NCBI GenBank assembly: GCA_016205975.1 | Contig: JACQSK010000002.1 | Span: forward strand, 1-49,271 | DNA from: Candidatus Uhrbacteria bacterium | Lineage (GTDB): Bacteria; Patescibacteriota; Patescibacteriia; UBA9934; GWF2-40-263 | Reading direction: 5' to 3' | Length of the DNA stretch: 49,271 nucleotides | Part shown: positions 35,028-43,600 of the stretch, in pieces | Numbering within the stretch: the stretch's first letter is position 1 | Layout: each line of letters starts with the position of its first letter | Notes under the pieces: generated by a model | Databases searched by the model: none | Told to the model about the DNA's origin: nothing | What the model saw: only the letters and a program-made list of their open reading frames with translations | Made by a program: the position numbers and the translations under genes

Positions 35028-35103
35028 CGGATCTCTCATTGTCGAGATCCCAAAGTCCTCCGTTCTGAATAGACCAGGAGAGGTACGGATAGTTACTTAC
35101 TAT

Positions 35104-35179
35104 GGGCCTGTAGCTCAGTTGGTAGAGCGCCGCATTCGCATTGCGGAGGTCAGGGGTTCGAATCCCCTCAGGTCCACCA
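35104..35179 (+). tRNA. tRNA-Ala (anticodon CGC), CCA encoded
   Basis: Acceptor GGGCCTG/CAGGTCC with the G3:U70 Ala identity pair, anticodon loop TTCGCAT, T arm AGGGG-TTCGAAT-CCCCT, then CCA. Confidence 0.92.
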
Positions 35180-35180
35180 A

Positions 35181-35212
35181 AAAAGCACTCAGTTAGACTG
35201 AGTGCTTTTTTT
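35181..35212 (+). terminator. intrinsic terminator after tRNA-Ala
   Basis: GCACTCAG-TTAGA-CTGAGTGC is a perfect 8-bp stem extended by A/T pairs and followed by T7. Confidence 0.85.
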
Positions 35213-35228
35213 GAAGAAATACGCAGAA

Positions 35229-35246
35229 TTGTTTCACATGAAACAA
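35229..35246. promoter_or_regulatory. palindrome TTGTTTCA-CA-TGAAACAA (shared motif, copy 2)
   Basis: 8-bp perfect arms. It shares 16 of 17 nt of GTTTCACRTGAAACAAT with the site at 34342-34358. Confidence 0.5.
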
Positions 35247-35416
35247 TCCAGGAGCTGATCCATAATTTCTCATATTTGGCTACAGCAGAGTAGACAGAAT
35301 ATGGAAATAGTGGATAACTCCATCTGTTTTTCTCTAACAGGTAAATTATCACCTGAAAACAGGTAATGTTTTAATTCTTGATCTAATTATTTTGCTTATT
35401 TTAGCTCAAAAATTGG

Positions 35417-35445
35417 TTGACTACATTTCGTATTCATGATACAAT
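35417..35445 (+). promoter_or_regulatory. near-consensus sigma70 promoter of the surface-protein locus
   Basis: TTGACT (35417-35422), a 17-nt spacer and TACAAT (35440-35445), at the end of a 200-nt AT-rich region. The track ATG (35436) lies inside the spacer, so it cannot be the start. Confidence 0.55.
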
Positions 35446-35459
35446 ATCTCCGTAAAGGT

Positions 35460-36374
35460 ATGGACAAGCATCATCTGCTCACCACCTTTGCTCTTGTGGG
35501 GATTTTTGTATACGTGAATGTTGTTTCGGCTGCCATGTCCTCATCGAGCTACCTTATCCGGTGGGATTCAGTTAACACCGGTGGTTCTGATACTGGTAGC
35601 TCGTCGAGTTACCAGTTACGGGACACACTCGAGGCAGCCGTAGCCGGGCGAACATCCAGCTCTTCCTACAACCTCGACCAAGGCTATCGAGGTGGAGTGC
35701 TCGACCAGGTTATCGCCTTTGATGTCCGCGCTCAGGACATTAGCGACCCCAGAACAGCCTCCTCGCTTGCCAGTCTTACCGTTACCGTTTCCTCCGTCTC
35801 GGGCATCTCAGCGGGGAGCTACGTCGTTCTTGTACAGGATCAGGGCGTCAGCCAGGTATCTGCCATCGGGAAGGTGGCCTCCGTAGGAAGCTCAACCATC
35901 ACGGTTGACTCCTGGACAAATGGTGGCACCGCACCAACGATTGATGGATTTGGCGACTACCTTTATATCCTGAGCGGTGCGACCGTTGCCTTTGGCCAGC
36001 TCAGCGACTCTTCTGTGAGGACAGCCGTGATTGCCTTTGAGGTATCGGCTGATAGTACAAGCGGGTACGTCATTCAAGTGAGCGATGATGGGAACCTGCG
36101 GTCGGGTTCAAATGATGTTGACGATGTGTCAGACGGCGCGGTCAACGAAGGCTCTGAAGAGTTCGGCGCGCGATCGTCCGATACGTCCTTGGCAAGTACA
36201 AGCTTCGACACAGCAGACGCAGCCCTCACGACCACCCGGCAGGATATTGTGACTCGTAGCAGCGCGAGCCTTGCTGACAGAAGTTTCGTGACGCTCAAGG
36301 CTTCCATCAGCACGTCAACAGCGGCCGGCTCCTACGCCAACACGATCAGTTTCATCGCTTCAGGAAACTTTTAA
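35460..36374 (+). CDS. secreted Ser/Thr-rich pilin-like protein (S1, 304 aa)
   Basis: Signal anchor LLTTFALVGIFVYVNVVSAA, repeated SSSY-x-L/I motifs, and a C-terminal strand AGSYANTISFIASGNF that resembles fimbrial-subunit termini. No firm family. Confidence 0.7.
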   Translation: MDKHHLLTTFALVGIFVYVNVVSAAMSSSSYLIRWDSVNTGGSDTGSSSSYQLRDTLEAAVAGRTSSSSYNLDQGYRGGVLDQVIAFDVRAQDISDPRTASSLASLTVTVSSVSGISAGSYVVLVQDQGVSQVSAIGKVASVGSSTITVDSWTNGGTAPTIDGFGDYLYILSGATVAFGQLSDSSVRTAVIAFEVSADSTSGYVIQVSDDGNLRSGSNDVDDVSDGAVNEGSEEFGARSSDTSLASTSFDTADAALTTTRQDIVTRSSASLADRSFVTLKASISTSTAAGSYANTISFIASGNF

Positions 36375-36377
36375 CCT

Positions 36378-37274
36378 ATGCGGAGCTCACGACCACTCTT
36401 CGTCCTCGTTTCAACGATGATCTTCATTCCATCGGTTGTTTCTGCTCTCGCGCTTGCGCCCTCAAGCCAGGAGCTCACCGCGAAGCGCGGAGAGACGATC
36501 ACATCGAGCATTACGGTCATCAACGCCCTTGAGACAGAACAGGAATACTACGTTGGCCTCTTAGGATTTCGACCCAAGGACGACTCAGGCGCACCGGAGT
36601 TTTACGAGCCCGATCCGACTCAGAGCGACCTGACAGATTGGATTTTGTTTGAGCAGGATCGGTTCATCGTGCCGGCTCTATCGTTTGCCGAGATTCCTTT
36701 TCGGGTCGTCGTCCCAGACGATATTTCGGCACAGGGATATTACGCCGCAATTACCCTTTCTCCTGCGCCAGCAGACGTTGTGGCAACCAACGGCGCCATC
36801 ATCGAGGCAAAAACCGCGGCGCTCGTTTTGCTCACCGTTGAAGGAGAGACGCAGGAGCGCCTCGAACTGCTCGATTTTACGAGAACAGGCGACTCCTATC
36901 AGTATCGTATTCAGAACCAAGGCAACGTCCACGCAACCCCCATAGGCACCATCCGCATCACAAGCCTGTTCGGCCAAGTGATAAGCGAGGTTGACGCCAA
37001 CCCGGAGTCAGGGCGCGTTCTGCCAGGATCCACACGAACCTTTGAAGTCCCATCAGAAGAACCAACGCGCGACGTGTTCGATGTGGTCGCGTATCAACTT
37101 AGCCACTGGGCGATGGGGCCAGCAACAACGACCTTGAGTCTCACTTACGGCGACCAAGGGAGCATCGAGTCGACCCTCACTTTCTGGCTGTTCCCCTGGG
37201 AACTCATCATCACGATCTTGGGGCTGGCAGTGATCCTGCGTTTTGGGTATCGCCTATGGCCTCGACGCCACTAA
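36378..37274 (+). CDS. secreted beta-rich protein with C-terminal TM anchor (S2, 298 aa)
   Basis: Signal peptide (VSTMIFIPSVVSALA), an Ig-like body (FRVVVPDDISAQGYYAAITL) and a C-terminal TM plus basic tail (LIITILGLAVILRFGYRLWPRRH). It starts 3 nt after S1. The architecture resembles DUF916-type proteins. Confidence 0.72.
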   Translation: MRSSRPLFVLVSTMIFIPSVVSALALAPSSQELTAKRGETITSSITVINALETEQEYYVGLLGFRPKDDSGAPEFYEPDPTQSDLTDWILFEQDRFIVPALSFAEIPFRVVVPDDISAQGYYAAITLSPAPADVVATNGAIIEAKTAALVLLTVEGETQERLELLDFTRTGDSYQYRIQNQGNVHATPIGTIRITSLFGQVISEVDANPESGRVLPGSTRTFEVPSEEPTRDVFDVVAYQLSHWAMGPATTTLSLTYGDQGSIESTLTFWLFPWELIITILGLAVILRFGYRLWPRRH

Positions 37275-37283
37275 TATTCATGT

Positions 37284-40200
37284 GTGCCTATTCTCAGGAG
37301 GTTCATTCAAACAATCGCACGAGTCACCGTGATCCTCACGGTGGTTGCTGTGGTTGTTCCAACAACCTCTGCTGCCACGCTCACAGGAGTGAATGATTAT
37401 CCTGGGACGCTCCAGGTATCCCAGGCGGCCAACCACACACTGGTCTTTACAACTCCTACCGGCGTATCGGAAGGATCTACGATCACCATTTCGTTCTCGT
37501 CTTCCTTTGATACCTCGAGCGTAACCGAAGACGATGTGGACGTGGCCGACGATGGGACGGATCTCACCACCGCGAGCTCATGCACGGGGACGGATCAGGC
37601 CTCCGTATCCGTGGCCTCCGACGTGGTGACGATCACGATCTGTGCAGGCGACGGCGGCGCCATTGCCGCAGCAAGCCAAGTCACGGTGGAAATCGGCGCG
37701 CACGCGACAGCCTCAGGGACAGGAGCCAACCACATTACCAATCCGTCCTCGACGGGAACGTATTTTGTGACCGTGGCGGGAAGTTTTGGCGACGACGGCT
37801 CGATCGCTCTGCCTGTGGGCGGTGACGACTCCATTTCCGTGAGCGCGAGTGTCCCCACGATTACGGGCGGAACCGGAACAGGCGGCGGTGGAACGTCCGC
37901 AGACACCAGCGCGCCCACGATTAGCAACATCGTGGTAGTGAGCGTGAGCGAGACGAGCGTAACGATCACTTGGCAGACCGACGAGGCTGCCACGAGCGAG
38001 GTGAGCTATGGGGAAACGAGCGCGCTTGAGCTGGGCACCGTCTCTGACGCTTCCTCCTCGACCTCGCACGCGATCACTCTCACGGGACTGACTCCTGGGG
38101 AGACGTACTATTTTTCCGTGAGCTCAAGCGACAGTAGCGGGAACGAGACGACCTCCTCTGTATCCACGTTCACTACACTTGATGAGACCGATCCCGATAT
38201 CACGGACGTTGAAGTCGTCGACATCACGACGACCACGGCGCGCGTGACATGGACCACGGACGAGGCCGCGGACAGCCGCGTCTCGTACGGCGAGTCTGTC
38301 TCCTATGACGCGTCGCAGTCCGACAGCAGCCTCACGACCGCGCACTCCCTCACACTGACCGATCTGACGCCAGGCACGACGTACCACTTCCAGGTGCTCT
38401 CGTCTGACTTCTCAGAAAACCAAGCCTTCACCGCGGACGCGACCTTCCTCACAGATGAAGACGACGCACCCGCCAACGTCTCAAACCTGTCGGTTGCCGC
38501 AGGAGACGGCGAGCTCACGCTCACCTGGAAGAATCCAGATGAAGAGGACTTGGACGGTGTCTTGATCCTGATCTGTACGGACGGCTATCCCGACGGCCCA
38601 ACGGATGAAGACTGTACCGCGCTCGACGCAGGCGTGGCGGAGGCGTATACCCTCTCAGGCCTCGTGAACGGGACCGCGTATTTCATCGGAGTTTTTGCCT
38701 ACGATGCATCAGGGCAGTTTGCTTCTGGCGCTCTTGCGACCGCACGTCCAAGCGCGTCAGAAGAAGAGGTGCCCTCACAAGGAGAGGAGATCGCAGAGCC
38801 CGGCGAAGCATCGCCGGAGCTCGGCGAAACACCTGACGGCGAAGAAGAACCTGTTTCTCCTGAAGAGACAGGCGGCGAGGCGACCACCGGTGAAGAAGAG
38901 GAACCGACCTCCTTGGGTGTGGAGGAAGGAACCTTAAGCGACACCGACGTCCGCTACTTTGTCGAAGAAGAGTCCCTCGAGCTTACGACCGACACCGGCG
39001 TGGTCGAGGTGCTCACGGGTCTCACCGTGCTCATCACGATTCCCGCCTCCGAAATCTCAGACGACGTTGCCACTGTGCAGGTGACGCTCGGCACGCAGAC
39101 GTATCTCATGACCTATGACGAAGCGTCCGCCATGTACGAAGCTGAGATTTTGATCACGGAGGGTCAGGGCGTGGCCGAGATGAGTGTCACGGTTACCTAT
39201 CGTGATGGCGCGTCGGACACGGTTTCTTCCTACGTGAACGTGCTCACTCCAGGGTACGTTTACCGTCTCATCGATGGGGAAGAAGTCGGCGTCCCTGGCG
39301 CAACGGTCACACTCTTTGAGGTGGTCGGCGGCAAGCCGGTCGTGTGGGATGGGTCCCCGTACGATCAGGACAACCCGACCACGACAGGCGCGGACGGAAC
39401 CTTTGCCTGGTATGTCCCGCTGGGGACCTACGAGGTGAGCGTGCGCGCCCAGGGTTTTGAAGCCGCACAGACTTCAAGACTCACGATCGATAACGGCATT
39501 GTGAATCCTCGCGTGCTTCTTGTTCCCATTCAAGAAGAGGAAGCCAGCGAGACCACCTCTGAGGAAGAAGGCGAGACCACCCCCTTGGCCCTCGTGCAAA
39601 ACGTTCTTTCTTCTTCTCCGGTTGTCGCCGTGCAAGAAGTCCTGGACAGGATTCGCGATCTTCCAGGCGTAGAGACAACCTCACGGATCGCTACGCCCGT
39701 TCTCGCGCTGACGGCTGGCGCGAGCATCGTCGTGCTCTCTGTGTCTTTCGACCTCCTTCCGTTCCTCCAATATTTTTTCACCGCGCCGATTCTCTTTTTC
39801 TGGCGCCGCAAGAGGAAAGGATACGGAGTCGTCTATAACGCGATCGGAAAGACCCCCATCGACTTGGCGGTCGTCCGTTTGTACGCACTCAGAAACGATG
39901 AGGAGGCGACGCCTGGCTCCGGCCGCCTCCTCCAAAGTCGCGTGACCGATAAGGGCGGACGCTTCTTCTTCCTGGTTCCCCCAGGACGCTATCGTCTGAG
40001 CGCGACCAAGGTCGGGTTCGAGTTCCCCTCCGCGTACCTCCAAGGCGAGCGCACGGATGGGACGTACCTGGACGTGTATCACGCCGAGGCGATCGAGGTG
40101 CAGACGCGTGACGTCATCATCACCGCCAACATCCCGATGGATCCCTCCCAAGCCGCGGCGTTCCATGCTCCTGCTGCGGTGGCATGGCGCGCGCGCCTGA

Positions 40201-40640
40201 GAGTCCTCCAGCACAGCGTGGCCGCCTTAGGGCTTGTGACCGCCGTCGTGTTTGCCGTCATTCGACCGACGGTCTTCTCTCTGGGCATGATCGCGATCCA
40301 GATGGCGCTCTATGTCCTTGTCCGACGGCTGGCGAAACCGTTTAAGCCCGTGAGCTGGGGCATCGTGTATGCGCGCGACACTGGACGCCCGCTCGCGCGC
40401 GCGGTGGCTCGCATCTTCGAGCCTAAGTACAACAAGCTTCTGGAAACACAGGTGACCGACAGCAAGGGACGCTATGCCTTCTTGCTGGGCCCCAACGAGT
40501 ACTTCGCCGTCTTCCAAAAAGAAGGATTTGAACAAAAAGAAATCCGACCGATCGACTACTCGGCTCAGGCTGAGCCGACGAGCTTCTCGGCGCGCGTCGC
40601 GCTTGCATCCAAAGACGAGACAGGCGCCGCGCCTCACTAA
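37284..40640 (+). CDS. 1118-aa surface protein with three FN3-like modules, CarboxypepD_reg-like domains and internal TM helices (S3)
   Basis: GTG start. FN3-like modules begin near 37902, 38181 and 38461 (VTITWQTDEAATSEVSYG..., ARVTWTTDEAADSRVSYG..., LTLTWKNP...). An acidic linker follows, then three CarboxypepD_reg-like units (GATVTLFEV...GTYEVSVRAQGFE, VTDKGGRFFFLVPPGRYRLSATKVGFE, VTDSKGRYAFLLGPNEYFAVFQKEGFE) separated by TM segments. Confidence 0.85.
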   Translation: MPILRRFIQTIARVTVILTVVAVVVPTTSAATLTGVNDYPGTLQVSQAANHTLVFTTPTGVSEGSTITISFSSSFDTSSVTEDDVDVADDGTDLTTASSCTGTDQASVSVASDVVTITICAGDGGAIAAASQVTVEIGAHATASGTGANHITNPSSTGTYFVTVAGSFGDDGSIALPVGGDDSISVSASVPTITGGTGTGGGGTSADTSAPTISNIVVVSVSETSVTITWQTDEAATSEVSYGETSALELGTVSDASSSTSHAITLTGLTPGETYYFSVSSSDSSGNETTSSVSTFTTLDETDPDITDVEVVDITTTTARVTWTTDEAADSRVSYGESVSYDASQSDSSLTTAHSLTLTDLTPGTTYHFQVLSSDFSENQAFTADATFLTDEDDAPANVSNLSVAAGDGELTLTWKNPDEEDLDGVLILICTDGYPDGPTDEDCTALDAGVAEAYTLSGLVNGTAYFIGVFAYDASGQFASGALATARPSASEEEVPSQGEEIAEPGEASPELGETPDGEEEPVSPEETGGEATTGEEEEPTSLGVEEGTLSDTDVRYFVEEESLELTTDTGVVEVLTGLTVLITIPASEISDDVATVQVTLGTQTYLMTYDEASAMYEAEILITEGQGVAEMSVTVTYRDGASDTVSSYVNVLTPGYVYRLIDGEEVGVPGATVTLFEVVGGKPVVWDGSPYDQDNPTTTGADGTFAWYVPLGTYEVSVRAQGFEAAQTSRLTIDNGIVNPRVLLVPIQEEEASETTSEEEGETTPLALVQNVLSSSPVVAVQEVLDRIRDLPGVETTSRIATPVLALTAGASIVVLSVSFDLLPFLQYFFTAPILFFWRRKRKGYGVVYNAIGKTPIDLAVVRLYALRNDEEATPGSGRLLQSRVTDKGGRFFFLVPPGRYRLSATKVGFEFPSAYLQGERTDGTYLDVYHAEAIEVQTRDVIITANIPMDPSQAAAFHAPAAVAWRARLRVLQHSVAALGLVTAVVFAVIRPTVFSLGMIAIQMALYVLVRRLAKPFKPVSWGIVYARDTGRPLARAVARIFEPKYNKLLETQVTDSKGRYAFLLGPNEYFAVFQKEGFEQKEIRPIDYSAQAEPTSFSARVALASKDETGAAPH

Positions 40641-40641
40641 T

Positions 40642-43600
40642 ATGATTGCCACACGGAGGAACCCATGGATCCTAACCCTCATGACCGCACTCATCGTGCT
40701 CATGGGTTTTGCGTCTCCCTCCGTCGCGGTCGCTCCCACCAACATCATCACCTATCAGGGCCGGCTCCTGGACGCCAACGCCGTGCCCGTGACGGATACG
40801 AGCCTCAGCATGAAGTTCTTTTTCTACACGGCGCTCACCGGCGGCACCTGCGTGTGGTCGAACTCTTCCGCCTCCTGCGACAGCAACACGCCAGCCTCTA
40901 CGACGGCGCGCAGCGTCACGCTCACCTCAGGTCTGTTCACCCAAAACTTAGGCGACACGAGTGACTCCTTTGCCGCCATCGGGGATTCCATCTTTGCCGA
41001 CAACACGACGCTCTTCCTGGAAGTGATCGTCGGCAGCGAGACGCTTAGCCCGCGCCGCCGCCTGACAGCCGCGCCCTACGCGCTCAACGCCGGCACGCTT
41101 GACGGTATCGACTCGGCGACGCTGCAATTATTTGAAACAGGTTCAAGCCGCACGTTTGAAGATGACGCGCCGGTGATTATCGGATCAAACGCGGCGTTCA
41201 CCTATGGCAGCGGCGCCGCAGGAGATTTGCGTATCGATGATGAACTGGAGGTCATGGGCGACGGGTACATTGATAATGATCTCGTGGTTGGAGCTTCCAC
41301 TTCCAGCACGGAGACGATTACCAATGTGGCCTTCTCCTTGGGAGGCGACGACTTGTTCGTGGCCGGAACCCTTGGCGTGGAGGGCACGATCTATACCGAT
41401 GGGAGTCTGGATGTCGTGGGTACGGCGAGCGTGGGCGACCTCACCTGCACGGACTGTTTGGACTTTACCGAGCTCAGCGACACGCTTGCTCTGGACGCGA
41501 GCACCTCGATCGCCATGGACGGCGCCGAGTCATTCACGATTACGAACTCGGGGACCGAGGGCATTATTTTCAACCTTGCGTCCACGGGCGACTTCACCGT
41601 TCAAGACAACGGCACGTCCGTGTTTGGCATTTCGGATACAGGCGCGATTTCCGTGGACCCAACCACCGCGGGCACCGCGCTTGACTTTGAGCTTGCCACG
41701 CAGTGGACCACTGGCGACCTCGTGAACGCCGACTGGGGCTCGGCCACGACGGCCACCGGCGCCGTGCAGGTCATCGATCTTGATCTCACCAACCTCACGG
41801 CGGACGCAAGCAATCCTGTCTACGGCATCCACGTGAACGATCCGGCTTCCGCTACGGCCTCCACCGAGCGCGGCATCTTTATCGAAGGCACCAACTGGGA
41901 CCTGGGGCTCTACGTGGTGGATGCCGTGGACTTTGACGGCGCGGCCAACATCGCCGACACGACCGCAGGCTCCGACGTGGCCATGGGCAACGCCACGGGC
42001 AACCTGACCTTCCTCTCCGACAACGCGGACTTCACGCTCACCGATGCCACCGACAACGTGTTCCAACTTTTGAACGCCACCAACGGCCGCCTGTACCTGG
42101 ACGTGGACGCGGGCGCCACAGACACCGTGGCGCTTGGCAACACCACGGACGTCTTGACTCTCGCCGGCAACGGATCTTCAACGATCGACTTCGCCGAGTT
42201 CGATGTGGCCGCGACAGGTGCCGTGACCATCGCACCCACCACCACCGGCACGATGCTCGACTTTGTTTTGGAAACGGAGTGGACCACGGGTGACCTGGTA
42301 AACGCCGACTGGGGTTCGGCCACGACGGCCACCGGCGCCGTGCAGGTCATCGATCTTGATCTCACAAACCTCACGGCCGACGCGACCAACCTTCTCTACG
42401 GCATCCACCTGAACGATCCTGCTTCCGCCACGGCCTCCACCGAGCGCGGCATTTTCATCGAAGGCACAAATTGGGATCGCGCGCTGTATGTAGAGGACGT
42501 GTCTGAGTTTCAGGAAGACCTCGTGATTGATGACGCGACCGACGGCGTGGACATCGTGATCGGCAGCGACAACGGCGTGGTAATAGACATCGGCGCCGAC
42601 GTGTACAACGGCGGAACCCTCATGGACATCGCGTTTGATACGGCTGAGGTCGTGGACTCGCCGCTCACGGCGATGAATGTCGATTTTAATACGAACCTGA
42701 CCGGGAACGCCGGTGACAACGTGACGGCCTTTGGGACGACCCTCCCGGGATTCACCGGCAACCTCCCCGACGCCCTTTCCACCACGACCCTCACGGGCTT
42801 CGCGGCAACGGGCGCGAGCATTGATACCGGAACCAATGCGGCCTCTGCCCTCACGGTAAACTGGAGAGGGCTCAGCATTGACCTGCCTTCGATTGACACC
42901 GGCAGCGCGGACGACACCGTGCGCTCAACAGGTCTGCTCATCACAGGTGGGACCGTGACCAACGGCGCGGGCACTGAGGACGAGATCGGCGTGGACCTGA
43001 GCGGGACGAAAATTGATTTGGACGCGGACAACGACACGTCGTTTATCGCGAGCACCGACGACCGTATCGATTGGGAGCTTGGCGGCACAGCCCAGACGCT
43101 CATCATGAGCGCGCCAGCCGCTGCGAGCAGTGGAACCTCAACGTCCATCCTGCAGGTGAACTATGCCACACCCGCGGACGGCTCGGGAACCAACATCCAT
43201 CAAGCCCTTGCCCTGAACGTGGACATCGGCAATGCAACCGCCGGAACCAACACCGTCAACGTGATAGAGATCATGCCTCTTGATGGCGATGCCGACGTGG
43301 CCAACGTGCACGCGATTGATATCGGATCGATCACCGGGACCTCTGCCAACAACGAGACAGCCATCCAGATCGGTCCGGGATGGGACATGGACATCGTGTT
43401 TCTGAACAGCACGCAAGCAAACTTCCGCATCGCCAACAGCTCCTCGGTCGCCTTCCAAGACGCCAGCGGGAACGAGATCCTTTCCCTGGAGGACGTTGGC
43501 AACGCCGTAAACCATGTCATCACCATCGACGGCGATACAGGGCTTGCGTTTGACAGTAGTTCAGATTCCGACACGGACATCACAACCGCCACGGATGAAG

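Noticed and set aside
34837-35352. 171-aa minus-strand ORF.
   Set aside because: It runs antisense through the 3' end of the HAD gene, tRNA-Ala and its terminator. There are no coding signals.
40474-40641. Upstream extension of the giant ORF (track start 40474).
   Set aside because: It overlaps the C-terminus of S3 in another frame and encodes a Ser/Arg/Lys-rich stretch. ATG 40642 is followed directly by a canonical signal peptide.
41704-42476. A diversity-generating retroelement (template and variable repeat) or a CRISPR-like array as the explanation for the near-identical repeats in S4.
   Set aside because: Mismatches between the copies are of all types, mostly synonymous, and not restricted to adenines of one copy. 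No reverse transcriptase is in the window. There are only two copies, 576 nt apart and in frame, so this is an intragenic duplication.
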